Source: a virus. From it: a DNA stretch of 64,000 bases. The translations under genes and the position numbers were made by a program. The notes beneath the pieces are model-generated. The model saw nothing but the letters and a program-made list of their open reading frames with translations. It made no database searches and was not told the origin of the DNA. The stretch covers positions 9,961 through 73,960 of IMG/VR virus record IMGVR_UViG_3300020020_000028; one strand, written 5' to 3'. Of this stretch, positions 30,501-42,327 are shown piece after piece (the first letter of the stretch is position 1; each line of letters starts with the position of its first letter).

Positions 30501-33500
30501 GAAGCGATGCGCGTCTACGAGGCGGAGAAAGCGAAGTGGGAGGCAGGAGACTTCCCGAGTTATACGAGTGAAGAGAGCCGTAAACTCTCGTACGAAGCGT
30601 ACGATGGTCCTCCCCCGGATCCTGAATACTATCGTCCCGCGTACACTAGCGAACCCACGCACTATCAAGTGTACGAGACTGTGAGCGAGGGCACACCAGT
30701 CACACCTGTGTTCGCAACGGAAGAAGAGTTGATTACCTATCTTGCAGAGAAAGGCACGTTCTGGGATCAGATACCGAGCACGTTCAGTGGGAAGCCAGCA
30801 CGAGGAGGGTGGGGACGTGAGAACGCTGAGGCGTTTGTGCGAAGCAAGTGGATGCCGTCGATGGTGATGCAGGGTGGGAAGATTCTTGAGCCGAAAGATT
30901 ATCTAAAGAAGGAGCTATCGAAGGAAGATCTCGATGCCCTATCAGATTCGGTGATCGATTCGTTACCGGAACAATACGGAGGTGAGTAACAGTGAGAATC
31001 ATGAAGCGTGCACGTAACCGCAAGCAGTTGACCTTCGGGTCATTGGCCGCGATACGACAGAAGATCGAGAGGCTGGCGCGAGAGCATGACTGCTCGATGT
31101 CATTCGTGGAGAACACACTGCTGGCGAGGCAACTCGGGATCGACATCGGTGAGGCGTTTGACGATCACAATCTCCTTGGGAGGAAGAAATAATGGACAGT
31201 AAACCAGAGACAGCGGCCGAAGCACTTACACGATGGGACGCCGGAGAGATCGTGTGGACGGCAGAGATGGGCGGACTCGGGCCTGGATATGAACAGGTCA
31301 TTCACATCATCGCATTTGAAGCGATTCGCGTACTGCTCACGCTTGAGATCGCGTGGGAGGTGGAGCCCGAAGAGTGGAAGACGTTCTATAGAAATGTTCA
31401 GGACGAGGTTACGCCGAAGATTCAAAATCTTGGGTGTTCCGGGGCTCAATTTGGCGCGGCGATGAACCTCGCGTTTCGGGTAGTCAAGATCGGGTGGGCA
31501 AAAGCGCTTGACGAACTCCCGAAAGATCGTCTGATTCAAGTGTCGAAAAACTGGCCGCAAATGAAGGAGACGACGTGAGTCTGACTGCTCTCGAAGAAGT
31601 TCAACTAAAAATGATGCTCAAAGATAGAGAAGGATGCTTCGGTGGTCTATTCCTCATGTTGACAATCTTTGCGCTCATGTCACTTGTCGTCATAGGATTC
31701 ATCAGATCGATACCACTCGAACGACGTGATGCGTCGGGGCAAACATATCTCTGTTGGGTGGTATCCGCAGAGTGGCCGTGGCAAGATCAACATCGAGAAC
31801 TCGTCTGTGTTCCGGAACATCATCGGATCATTTTGAAAGAAGGAGACAAATGAAGGTGAAACTCTGTGAGGCGTGTAAGGATACTCACGAGTACGGACTC
31901 ATCTTTTGTACAAGACAGCTAGGACATTCTGGAGTTCATCGAGCGACGATAGGTCCTGACTCTCCGGGTGTCGTCGTACTGTCTGTCTGGTCTTCCTCAG
32001 ATAAGGATTCAGTCAATGACCATAGCACATCTACTCGAAAGACTAGAACGTAAGCGAGACGCCATAGAGATGGCGATCACGGAGATCCGTGCCGAGATGT
32101 CCGGGAAGAAAACGCGAGCGAAGGCAGCGGCGATCATCGAGTCAGTGAAGCGAGGGCCGAAGAAGAAGAAACACTGGACGCAGACAGCCAAGGGTCGGCG
32201 CGTGAATGCCCTGCTGCGATCTGGTCCTCGTGAGAAATTGCACTGGACGCAGACTGAAGCCGGGAAGAAGAAGATGGCTATCGCGCAGAGACGCGCGTGG
32301 CGTGCGCGAAAGAAGGCGAACAGAGAGGCAAGTGTGATCATATGAAGAAGATTGTACTCGTGCTACTCGTGAGTCTTGCAGGGTGTAGTCGCGAGTTGAA
32401 GGATGGTGAAAATGCCGGATCCGATTATCGCGAGCGGCTGCTCCTTGAACAAATTGCATTAGAGAAACAGACTGTCGCAAAATGTGAAGCGATGGGCGGA
32501 TTGGTTATCTACGGAGATAGACGCACAGAGCATTTTACGAGATGGGAACCTGCGAAAAGTACTGATGTTACGTGGATACCGTTTCGAGCCTGTCAATTTC
32601 CACAAGGTAATGTGGTGATCACTCCGAAGGACATTGAAAAATGACACGACAAATGAAAGACTACATCGCGTACGTGATCTTCTTTCTGGCGTTGATTGCC
32701 GGGTGGGTTCTCTACGCGCAGATGAATGGGAAGGCGCAGGTAGAGCGGCCTCCACTCCCACGGCAGTGGTCAGCAGCACGCATATCTGGCACAGATGATG
32801 ATGCGTGGTTGAATGCTGTGCAAGTTGATGTCGTCGAGACATCAGGCGCGTGTATCTACGTCATACGCGCGAGGCAGCGAGAAGGCGATGCCGGTGTCTC
32901 CAGTCATTTTATCAACAAGAAGGATCTCGCGGCAGGGAAGGGTTGCTAAAATGGACCAGACACTGAAGACGATCATCGATGTTTTGATGACATGTCTCCT
33001 CGCGGCAATGGTCGCCTTTGCGTGGATGGGTGTCATCTCCATAGGAGTGATGCTTTGGAGAAAGAGGAAGTCATGAAACGCGTTTTCAAGTATGAGTTCG
33101 AAATCACGGATAACTTGGTTATCCCGATGCCCATCGGGGCACAGATTTTACATGCGGATATCCAAGCGGGACATCCGTGCGTATGGGCACTCGTGGATCC
33201 GGAGCACGCACGCGAAGATCGAAGGTTTGCCGTCCACGGTACCGGACACCCGGTGTTCGAGAACGAAGTTCACATCGCGACGTTTCAGCAGGGGCCGTTC
33301 GTGTGGCATCTCTTTGAGAGGAAGTGATGGCAAAAACATTCTGGCTTAGCTTCGTCGGAGACAAGGGTAATCTCGGATGTGCGATCATCGACGTAACCGA
33401 TGAGGAAGCCTCTGCTGAGAAGATGTCGCTCGACAGTTTATTTCCACAACATATGGAAGGCGCCGAGTGGATCGCGGCGGCACTTACGAAGGCACATCTG

Positions 33501-33686
33501 CTCGGATGTAATCCTGGCGGTGAAGTCGCGAGTTGGGACATCACCGATGGACCATCGGATCGGATTGCTCGCTACGAAAAGAATCGATTGTATTCGAAAA
33601 GAGAGATCGAGATGATCGAACGAGAACCAGAAGGTACAGTGATAAAAGAGTTGAGGGAGTGGGATGCCAAAGATCCGTTACATTGA
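27526..33686 (+). other. Second block of small hypothetical genes (includes HEFGH protein 28996-29427, 30357-30989, 31192-31578, 33073-33327)
   Basis: Coupled ORFs with RBSs; no confident functions. Confidence 0.65.
28290..28445 (+). pseudogene. Internally deleted paralog of the 21058-21243 gene
   Basis: MTWLDA(V/I)LGRKPKHEHRFGDWFLVERQE...CGFTEM in both copies. Confidence 0.6.
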
Positions 33687-34563
33687 TAAAAAGATCGGCG
33701 GCAAACGACTCGCCACGATTCTCAAAGCGAACCAGATCATTGCGGAGTACAACGCGCAGGGATTCCAACTGACGCTCCGGCAGTTATTCTACCAGTTTGT
33801 AAGCCGGGATATTATTCCGAACACGCAACGAGAATATACGCTGCTCGGTGCCACGATCAATGACGGTAGACTGTGTGGGCTCATCGATTGGAATGCGATT
33901 GTGGATCGTACGCGTGGTATTCGAAGTGTGGCGCACTGGACGGATCCGACAGAGATCGTGGCAGACGTGGCCAATCAGTTTCGGATCGACAAGTGGGCGA
34001 CGCAGAAGTTTCGTCCCGAAGTCTGGATTGAAAAAGATGCCGTGGCCGGAGTTGTGGAAGGCGTCTGCGAAGAACTCGATGTCCCGTATTTCTCATGTCG
34101 TGGCTACACGAGCCAGTCTGAGATGTGGGTAGGAGCACAGCGACTGAAGCGATACATGTCGGAACAGACGCCGCTCATTCTCCATTTTGGCGATCATGAT
34201 CCGAGTGGCAAAGACATGTCTCGCGATATCTATGATCGCATGGAATTGTTCATGGGCGGAGTGGAGTTCAATCGGCTGGCCTTGAACTGGGATCAGATCG
34301 AACGCTTCAATCCACCACCGAACCCGGCCAAGCTCACAGACTCGCGTGCAAAGGCGTACATCGCGGAATTTGGGGATGATAGTTGGGAACTTGATGCCCT
34401 GGAGCCGTCGGTGATCGTGGAATTGATTCGCAGCACGATCCTCAGTGTGCGTGATGAAGATGCGTGGAGCGAGAAGGTTGAGGAAGAAGATCGGCATCGC
34501 GATCTGTTGCAGAAAACATCTGACCGGTGGGATGATGTGGTGGAACTCCTCGAAGCGGAATAA
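33664..34563 (+). CDS. wHTH + TOPRIM protein (Topo VI-A/JetD-like)
   Basis: LTLRQLFYQFVS; PEVWIEKDA; HFGDHDPSG; WELDAL. Confidence 0.75.
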   Translation: MPKIRYIDKKIGGKRLATILKANQIIAEYNAQGFQLTLRQLFYQFVSRDIIPNTQREYTLLGATINDGRLCGLIDWNAIVDRTRGIRSVAHWTDPTEIVADVANQFRIDKWATQKFRPEVWIEKDAVAGVVEGVCEELDVPYFSCRGYTSQSEMWVGAQRLKRYMSEQTPLILHFGDHDPSGKDMSRDIYDRMELFMGGVEFNRLALNWDQIERFNPPPNPAKLTDSRAKAYIAEFGDDSWELDALEPSVIVELIRSTILSVRDEDAWSEKVEEEDRHRDLLQKTSDRWDDVVELLEAE

Positions 34564-34629
34564 CGTGTCGCTTCTGCTATACACTATAGAAAAGTAGCTA
34601 TTCTTAAAAAATCATGCTACACTGTCTGT

Positions 34630-34861
34630 GGTTGAGGGCAGCGGCGAAGAGAAGCCTCCAACAGTCGGATGCGCCCGGTGACGGTGGCCAATGCCGGGGT
34701 ACAGAGCAGAGCCACGGTCAACGGCCCCTTGACTTGAATATGGGGCCACTTCGTTGGGCAGACGGGGCTTTCGCTGGCAGTAACGCGGGTAGATAATCAG
34801 TCCGAGAACCGGGACGGGAAGTTGCCCGGTAAACGGTAGGTCCCGACACCCGCGGCCAGCA
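34630..34861 (+). ncRNA. Candidate structured RNA or long leader
   Basis: GC-rich stretch after a TG-c-TACACT -10; stems GCTGGC/GCCAGC, CGCGGGT/ACCCGCG, CGGGAC/GTCCCG, GGCCCC/GGGGCC. Confidence 0.45.
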
Positions 34862-35161
34862 TTTTTACAGGAGAGCGGAACGATGGGGAGCGCAAAAGGA
34901 AACGGAGCCGAAAGGCCGGGGAGTTGTACCACGCTGGATCACGTGTATCCGAGAAGCAAGTTCGGTACCCGTTGCTACTGCGGTCAGAGGGTGTGGGGAT
35001 CCAAGAAACCAGCCACGGGGCTCGTTTCGCCGGAAGCGTTCTTGGCAGGTAACGGGACCGAGACGCAGAAAACGGTAGACACGGCGACCGAACCTGCGGT
35101 AGACTTACCTCAGTCGAGTGGGACAACGGACATCAACATTTCATCAGGAGCACAGACACAC

Positions 35162-35461
35162 ATGGCAATCACACTGAAGCTGAAGGGTCTTTCGAAGAGT
35201 GGCAAGTACGCGCTGTATTCGGGACTTCGCACCGTCGCACGGCTCTCCGTCACGGACTTTCCGGACTCGAAGCCGGTGGACACCTTCACCGTCGAAGGGG
35301 ACTTCGCTGGTCCTCGGGTACCGAAGGCGAAGCTGAGCAAGGAAGAGCGGGCGGAACTGCGCAAGAACGCGCCGAAGCCCACGCTGGCCGAGAAGGCTGC
35401 GAAGCTCGAAGCGAAGCTCGCCAAGCTGCGTGAGCAGGTTGCGGCCGAAGCGAACGCCTAA
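35162..35461 (+). CDS. Basic protein with coiled-coil tail
   Basis: AGGAG RBS before ATG 35162; followed by terminator. Confidence 0.7.
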   Translation: MAITLKLKGLSKSGKYALYSGLRTVARLSVTDFPDSKPVDTFTVEGDFAGPRVPKAKLSKEERAELRKNAPKPTLAEKAAKLEAKLAKLREQVAAEANA

Positions 35462-35502
35462 GACCTCTGGCCGGGTATACCGGCAGATGTTCTGAAGTAC
35501 GA

Positions 35503-35539
35503 GGCCCCAAGGAGTTATGACCCTTGGGGCCTTTTTTTT
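35503..35539 (+). terminator. Rho-independent terminator
   Basis: GGCCCCAAGG...CCTTGGGGCC + T8. Confidence 0.85.
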
Positions 35540-35549
35540 GTGCGGAGAG

Positions 35550-35578
35550 TAGACATTCTTTTGAAGGTGTGCTACACT
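35550..35578 (+). promoter_or_regulatory. Leaderless promoter (TAGACA class)
   Basis: TAGACA-17-TACACT-6nt-ATG(35585). Confidence 0.75.
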
Positions 35579-38500
35579 TGTCTCATGATTAACGGATACC
35601 CCAAAGGCACCATCGTTCGCGTCCGCATCACGGCATCAGGTCTACGTCGAAGCTACCCCGCCGCGAATTGGCTGACTGGTGAACGCTCCGTCACGCTGCT
35701 CGAAGATGCCCCCGGAGAAGGGACTCTCGATGTTCTCGACGTGTCCACGGTCATCAACGGCGAGCGGGTTACCGAGAGCATCTACGATTTCAACATCATC
35801 GGGCGGGATCCTCTGTTCACTGGTCCTCACGCCTGAAGGAGCCTCACAATGAAACGCGAACTTTACGTCATCGGGACCAAGGCCACGGAAGGCGACATCG
35901 AACGCCTGTACTACGCTGAAGGCTTCGGTGTGGCTCCTCAGTGGACGTACCGGGGTTCAGCCAATCAGTACACGAACAAGCGTGAGGCCATCAAAGAGGC
36001 GAAGACGCTCGCATCTCCCGGTCGCCCGGTGTTCGTCGAGAAGTATCACAATCCTTTCGGCCAGGATCTGACGGTTTGGTCATCGGAGGGCAAGTGAGCC
36101 ATCAACAGATTGCCAAACTCGAACGTCAGCTTGCGAAGCTGACGTCACTTCCGAAGAAGACAGTGAAGGCTGCGGCGAAGCCAGTCGCCAAACCGTCGAG
36201 CACGGTGGATCTCGCGCAGATCGAACGGTTGAAGGTCATCCGAGATCGCAATCGTGCAGCGATGGAAGTCGAACGGGCTGCGGCGGAAAAAGCGAGACAA
36301 GAGAGGGCCGGGGCAAAACTTCATGCACTGGTTGTCGAGATTAATGATCTAGAACGAGAACTGATAGACGTTCAAGAGAGGATGAAACAGTGACAGCCAC
36401 GGACACGCGGAAACTCCAGATCGGTGATAAAGTGTACTGCACGGTGTTCGCTGTCCGTGGGTGGTACAGTGTCACTGCCATCCGTGAGCGAGACGGCTAC
36501 ATCAAGATCGACGGATTCAACACGTGGAATCCGCCGCACAACTTCAATCTGACGGGAGATCAACGTGTTTGATCCACAAGATACAGCCGTTCGGTATAGC
36601 TGGTCGCAGCCGATCTGCGGGTTGTGCTATCGGAAAGCAGAACCGGGTCGCGAACCGTTCGCGATGAAAAATAGTTCGCCAGAAAAGTGCTGTGCCTGTG
36701 GTATAATCACGAGTGAAGGGATTTACTACCGCATCAATCCAGCATCGGTAGCGTTTCCGACGAGGCTGAAAACATGACACTCAAGCAGATGTATCCTGCG
36801 GGTAAGCTCCCGGCGAAGTTCTCACGCTGCGTGCAACCTTCTCTGCCGGGTATCTGTCCGGACTGCGGCGGCGAAACATTCATCGACACCGATTGCGAGG
36901 TCATCGTCCAAGGCAACGATGAGCGAGAACTCGAACGTCGGTCTGCGAAAGTTGTCTTCTGCTCTGGCTGTGAGTACGCGAAGGAGATCGAATGAACAAG
37001 CGACGACGGTTCAAGGCCAAGCGTGCGAGGTACATTGCGAAGATCTACCGGATCATCGCAGAAGCTGACACTTACGAGCGATGGATCATCAACAGAGGCA
37101 CGTGGAAACCGAAGTTGCGACGGATGGGACTGACGTTATGAGGATCGTGACAACGATGGGGTACGTCTATCGGCTCAGCGAACGCCGGTACCGACAGTTG
37201 CTACGCGCAATCATGAATGAGGAAGAGTTTGATCTCGACGTGCTTGGCACGAGGTTGGCCGATCAGTATAATAACATCACCGATGTCACGGCAGAAGAGG
37301 CCGCTGACGAGTTGAAAGATCTGCGCGACGAAAACCGCGAGGCAAGAAGGCACAAAATATGATTGGTAAACGCGTGGCGATCAAACCACACAGCGATAGC
37401 GATCCGGTTCGTTACGGGCTGTTCGTCGGGTTGCTCTCGAATTACACTGGCTGTGATCGATGCGACAGCGATGGTTATTCCGTTGTTGTGCAACTCGATG
37501 GTCATGGTATGATACTCAAGACGTTTCATCCATCGTACGTCACGCTCATCGACGAAAGGGACCGATGACACTCGCAGAACGCTACGCCATCGGCACGAAG
37601 ATCGGCGCGGACGAAGGGCTCGTGCTAGGTATCTACTTCGGAGGATGCCAATCGTGTAAACAATCATCGTGGTTCACGACGCGTGCGGTGGCTGATGGCA
37701 CGCACGATGCGGAGATTGAAGTGTGCAACACGTGTCTGACGGTGAAGAAGTATGCGGGGTTGAACTGATGCCTATCGGGAGTTATAGACCCCCGTGGTGT
37801 AAGTTCGGACACGGTTACTGCGCACATGTAGCGTGTATCGGACCATTACTACCTCATGAAATGGAGATAGACGAGATGAGTGTCACGTGTCTGAAGAACG
37901 GTGGACAATGCACACACGTCACGTGCACGGCGTATCATATGAATGATGCGACGATGTTGAAAGGTTGGTCCGTGTGTGCAACGTGCGGACACGGAGAAGA
38001 AGTTCACGAGATGGGTGAGTATCGTGGTGATAAACCGAGATCGTGCATGGCTATGGCGCAAGGCACAGATACACTTGATAATATCAAGTGCAAGTGCAAA
38101 AAGTTCGTCAAACAGGAGCAGCGAGTGAATCTACATCTGAACGTCTACAAGGCGACCTTCGAGTACGTGAAACGCGAAGCCGGTTCCGATACCTATCGAC
38201 TCGCGGATGTCGATCCTGAAGAGACGTTAATCGCCGCGCCCGACTTCGGCGCCGCGTGTTCGCTGGCCGAAGAAGTTGCGAAAGAAACCCTCAAGAATAG
38301 ACGCTTCACGCACCTCACAGAGATTCGTGTGCGAGATATCGTGCTCCTTCATGCGGGAGTGAGACTCTACTCCGAGAAGCGAATCGATGCCACGGATCAC
38401 AAGGGCATAGGGACATTGCCTCGTTCTGGTGACTGAAGGAGAACAGATGGATTGCTACGTATGCGGCGATAGTGAAGCGGCTGAAATGACGACCGGGCGT

Positions 38501-38789
38501 GAGACACTCGCTCTGTGCGATAGGTGTCGGCCTCCAGTAGTCACATTCTTTCACGTATACGGGAGCTTGAAAATCGCTGCCGATGAAATCCGGAAAGCGA
38601 AACTCGGGGGCTTAAAGTGAACTGGTATGATGTGACGCTGACGCGAGGAGGGCAGATTATCAACCGTGGTTGGCAACTGGCCATGACCGAGAAAGATCTC
38701 ATCGAGCAAGCTCGCAAGAACGGGTTCAATATCGACATTCGTCTCATTGGGAGCGCACTCCCGCAATTTCAGACGCAAGAGATCCTTCA

Positions 38790-39410
38790 ATGACGTGGTT
38801 TACCTCTGATACCCACTTCGGACACGCGGCGATTCTAACGCATGGTCGCTACATCTTTGACAGTGTCGAAAATATGGATGCTGTGTTGATCAAGAATTGG
38901 AATGACCGCGTCGGCCTCCGCGATGATATCTATCATCTCGGGGACTTCAACTTCCGTTCGACGCGCACGACAGCGGAGTATCTTGGTGAATTGCGCGGAC
39001 GGATTCATCTTATCGAAGGCAATCATGATCCGAAGTACGCACTAAGATACCGTCAACTCTTTGCGAGCGTACAGCCAGTCAAGTATCTGAAGCTCGATGG
39101 AAAGCGCATCACGCTCTATCACTACGCACAACGTGTGTGGAGGGGTTCCAATCTCGGATCCTGGCACCTCTATGGACATAGCCACGGAGGGATCCCGGAT
39201 CTCGGACGTTCGATGGACGTGGGTGTCGATGCACAGAGCTTTGCGCCCATCGAGTTCGCACAGGTGCGAGAGGCATTGAAGGACAGGCCGTTTACGTATC
39301 ATCATCCGGACATGGAAATCGAGTGCGTGTGTGATGGTGGTCCGCAAGGTGAGGGCCTTGTGTCGATCCCTCATGCAGTGCATTGTCCGATGAGTAAGGA
39401 AGAGAGATAA
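38790..39410 (+). CDS. Calcineurin-like metallophosphoesterase
   Basis: SDTHFGH, HLGDF, GNHD, HY, GHSH, DVGVD. Confidence 0.9.
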   Translation: MTWFTSDTHFGHAAILTHGRYIFDSVENMDAVLIKNWNDRVGLRDDIYHLGDFNFRSTRTTAEYLGELRGRIHLIEGNHDPKYALRYRQLFASVQPVKYLKLDGKRITLYHYAQRVWRGSNLGSWHLYGHSHGGIPDLGRSMDVGVDAQSFAPIEFAQVREALKDRPFTYHHPDMEIECVCDGGPQGEGLVSIPHAVHCPMSKEER

Positions 39411-39854
39411 TGTTCGCCGTCCAAGATAAGCAGTGCGCCACATGCATCTATCGAAAGAATTCACCTCTCGATCTGAAGGTGTTAGAGGCGCAAATTGCTG
39501 ATCCGAAGATGGAAGGCTTTTTCATCGGCTATCGGATCTGCCATCATTCGAAAACCGCATGTTGCCGGGGATTCTGGAATCGACATAAAGATAAGTTCAC
39601 GATGGGTCAGATCGCGCAGCGACTGGGGCTCGTGAAATTCGTGAAGGACGACGTTCATGCCAAAATCTGATAAGTGCGCCTGTGGGATTCGTATCAAGGC
39701 ACATGCGCGGAAATCTCGTCGGAGGCAACTGCCGCACACTGGCCTCAAGACGGATCGGTTGGGCTATCCCCGGCCTCGGGCTGGAGCCCGGATCCGAAAG
39801 GAGGCTCTTCGGTTATTGAAGTTAGCTGAGGAAATATTTAAGGAATCAAAAGAC

Positions 39855-39883
39855 TAGACAAGGCTTTTAACTTCTGTTAGAGT
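39855..39883 (+). promoter_or_regulatory. Promoter, nearest candidate upstream of the RNA array/Ro60 block
   Basis: TAGACA-17-TAGAGT, CTTTTAA in spacer, TG extension. Confidence 0.55.
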
Positions 39884-40571
39884 CTGGTGTCCATGAGCAC
39901 TGAGCACCTTCGGATTGCCCTTGGACTGAAGCCACAGACGCCTTCGGGATGGGCTTTTTGGTTATTTTACTGGTCGCCATTTGCAAGGATGTGGAGACGT
40001 GCGACGGAGATCTGTAGACGATGGCCGTTCGCTGTTCGACGGAGTAGACGATGAATCCGATAGTGGCAGTAGCAGCGATAGTCCTGATATCAGCCGTCGG
40101 GGCCTATCTGTTGGGACGGCGCTAAACTGGCACGAGGTTCCGCAAGCTCTCTACCTCTCATGGTCCCCGGCACGGCAATACGCATACTGCGCTGAGCGGG
40201 ATCTGAGGGCCTCGATAGAGTTCGCGACATCTCCTGAGGAAGAAAAGTGGTTCTACGACCGAGCCGTCAGTTACAAGAGGATGATGGGAGCATCGATTGT
40301 AAACGTTGTAACAACTCCGGCTTCGTAGCCTACTGGGATGGTAGCGCATTGGCTGGAGAAGGATGTCCGGACTGTACAGGTAATGCGATGACGACGTACG
40401 AGGAACTGGAACAAGAGGCATTGAACGATCCTATCCTCCATAGGTTTCTCACGCACTATCGTCGTGGTGATTGCTCGAAGGAAGAGGCGCTGATTGCAGC
40501 CTGTATCTGGCTCTCACGCGCAAGACGAAAGTTACTCAAAGAAGAAGCCGATAGAATTGCGAGACAGCCAC

Positions 40572-41090
40572 ATGGTTGAAAACACTGTAGAAGAATACGA
40601 CAAGCAATCGTGGGGTCGAGGTTTGTGGGATCACGAACCAGATCGTGTCGAAGGTGAACATGCGGGATTCCCGACACTCGCTCGTCGTGGTCCGATGGGT
40701 TCGTGGTGCGGCTACGTGGCTGTGCCTCCGGGGCACTACGATCACGGGATCTACTACGGAGAGGTCGATGGCGATCTCGATGTCCACGGGGGTCTGACGT
40801 ATTCAGGCTTGTGTCATGGTGCGATCTGCCATGTCCCGAAGCCCGGTGAACCCGATAACGTCTGGTGGTTTGGGTTTGACTGCGGGCACTATCGTGACAT
40901 CACGCCGGGGATGATGAAGTATCATTTCGGATCTGACGAGTATTCCACGTACAAGGATCTATCGTACGTGCAGGAAGAGATCAAGAAGCTCGCAGAGCAA
41001 CTCGCAGAGCGAGCGAAGTGGGTGCGCGTCGATGTACATGCGCTCGCTCAGCGGTTGAAGGAAAAATGGACACGGGTCGCTGTCGAGTAG
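40572..41090 (+). CDS. Conserved phage hypothetical protein
   Basis: WCGYVAVP, VHGGLTYS, WWFGFDCGH motifs. Confidence 0.7.
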   Translation: MVENTVEEYDKQSWGRGLWDHEPDRVEGEHAGFPTLARRGPMGSWCGYVAVPPGHYDHGIYYGEVDGDLDVHGGLTYSGLCHGAICHVPKPGEPDNVWWFGFDCGHYRDITPGMMKYHFGSDEYSTYKDLSYVQEEIKKLAEQLAERAKWVRVDVHALAQRLKEKWTRVAVE

Positions 41091-41202
41091 GTTATCATTG
41101 CCAATGAGGAGGTCGCGGGTTCGAATCCCGTCACATGCCGTAACAGGATGTGTAGCTCAGTGGTAGAGCGCTTAAACACCTACTTACGCTCTTTATCCGT
41201 GT
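41070..41202 (+). ncRNA. Y-RNA-like unit 1; cargo = permuted tRNA-Gly(GCC)-like
   Basis: ACACGG/CCGTGT stem, GGGTCG, GTTATC, CTTTATCC; cargo order anticodon loop (TTGCCAA), T arm, closed acceptor, D arm. Confidence 0.85.
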
Positions 41203-41371
41203 TATGTTCGAAACTCTGTGTTGCCGTTGCTGCGTGAGCATGTAAGAGACACGGATAGGGACCGCGTCACGGGCGGTTCCGATTTTATGACGTTGCAAGC
41301 CGTGATTACCCTGAGTCGCGCAAATCGTGAGGTTTGCTGGGTCTGTGGCCTATCGGCTTGGCGTCTCCAGT

Positions 41372-41513
41372 AAGACGTGGGTCGCTGTATTACGGTTCTC
41401 CTATGGGTCGCGGGTTCAAATCCCGTCATCGCGACGCCTAACAAGCTATGCGATGTAGCTCAGTTGGTTAGAGCAATAGATAAAAGTCCGTAAGCACCTC
41501 TTATCCGCGTCTT
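41372..41513 (+). ncRNA. Y-RNA-like unit 2; YrlA-type T-acceptor-D cargo
   Basis: AAGACGTGG/CCGCGTCTT stem; GGTTCAAATCC precedes TAGCTCAGTTGGTTAGAGC. Confidence 0.85.
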
Positions 41514-41535
41514 TGTTCTTTGACAACTTAAATCA

Positions 41536-41595
41536 GTCGGAGGCGCATAGTGCGTGATGATCACACGCAGTAGGGAAACCTACCCTCCGGCACCA
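41536..41595 (+). ncRNA. 60-nt mini tRNA-like RNA ending ACCA
   Basis: GTCGGAGG/CCTCCGGC stem + ACCA, hairpins TGCGTG/CACGCA and GTAGG-GAAA-CCTAC. Confidence 0.6.
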
Positions 41596-41600
41596 CTTAA

Positions 41601-41736
41601 TCCTCGGGTCGCATTGACATCGTTATCTCTTACCATACTCAAGAGGGTAGCTCAGTGGTAGAGCGTCCGATTTGTAATCGGAAGGTCGTGGGTTCGAATC
41701 CCACTCTAACGCGGTGTTGAATCACTTATCCGGGGA
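41601..41736 (+). ncRNA. Y-RNA-like unit 3; cargo = tRNA-Thr(TGT)-like permuted within the acceptor 3' strand
   Basis: Intact D, anticodon (TCCGA-TTTGTAA-TCGGA) and T arms; CTCTTACCA lies 5' of its partner AAGAG. Confidence 0.85.
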
Positions 41737-41749
41737 GTTTTACAATTTC

Positions 41750-41819
41750 CGATTCGGGTCGATCAGATAGCGTTATCCTTAAGAGATAAAAATGCTGTCT
41801 ACGTCACTTATCCGAATCG
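41750..41819 (+). ncRNA. Y-RNA-like unit 4; hairpin cargo with loop CTTAAGA
   Basis: CGATTCGG/CCGAATCG; TTATC-CTTAAGA-GATAA. Confidence 0.85.
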
Positions 41820-41822
41820 ATT

Positions 41823-41915
41823 TTTCCGGGGCGGTTGATATCAGAGTGCGAAAGCAACGCATAACGGCAGAAATGTCGGAGGACCCCGTCGCTAACTCGG
41901 GCGGGAACCCGGAAA
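41823..41915 (+). ncRNA. Unknown multibranch RNA with GAAA tetraloops
   Basis: TTTCCGGG/CCCGGAAA closing; TGC-GAAA-GCA, CGGCA-GAAA-TGTCG, CCCGTC/GGCGGG. Confidence 0.55.
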
Positions 41916-42036
41916 TGTGAGGTAACACAAAACCACTCGGTGCGCTCCCAACTATCGCTCTCTGGTGGAAAGTAGTGTTCGTAAGCCACGTGGGAATTAG
42001 TTCAGGCTAGGTTGCACGTGGGCCTCTTTTTGATCT

Positions 42037-42111
42037 GGGGCTATGCACCTCGCGAGAGGGGGCTGAATAAGGCGAAAGCCGGAGCGGGTGAAAATCCCGT
42101 AGGCTCCACCA
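42037..42111 (+). ncRNA. tRNA-Ala/tmRNA-TLD-like RNA with G3:U70 and ACCA
   Basis: GGGGCT...GCGGG-TGAAAAT-CCCGT-AGGCTCC-ACCA; no canonical D or anticodon arm. Confidence 0.65.
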
Positions 42112-42115
42112 GTCA

Positions 42116-42205
42116 GGAAGGCTGACCGAGCGGCATGGTGCCAGCTTGCTAAGCTGTGGCTTCGCAGAGATGCGATCAGGGGTTCGAGTCCCTTGCCTTC
42201 CGCCA
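42116..42205 (+). tRNA. tRNA-Ser(GCT)
   Basis: GGAAGGC/GCCTTCC-GCCA, CAGC-TTGCTAA-GCTG, long variable arm, GGTTCGAGTCC. Confidence 0.9.
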
Positions 42206-42210
42206 AAGTT

Positions 42211-42282
42211 TTCGACGGGTCGCTCGTGACAGGGTTATCACTCCTAATGATTACCCCCTGCACAATTCACTTATCCGTCGAA
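42211..42282 (+). ncRNA. Y-RNA-like unit 5; hairpin cargo with loop CTCCTAA
   Basis: TTCGACGG/CCGTCGAA; ATCA-CTCCTAA-TGAT. Confidence 0.85.
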
Positions 42283-42327
42283 CTCTCGGGGCTCTGCTCA
42301 AGGAGGTAGCATCCCCAATGATTTTGA

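Noticed and set aside
33664-34563. Wadjet (JetABCD) defence system
   Set aside because: Only a lone TOPRIM gene; no SMC or kleisin partners
41641-41712. Ordinary tRNA-Thr(TGT)
   Set aside because: No acceptor 3' strand or CCA after the T arm; these lie upstream, inside a Y-like unit
41823-42111. Full tmRNA gene
   Set aside because: The Ala-like ends enclose only 75 nt and I found no convincing tag reading frame; a two-piece form cannot be excluded without ARAGORN
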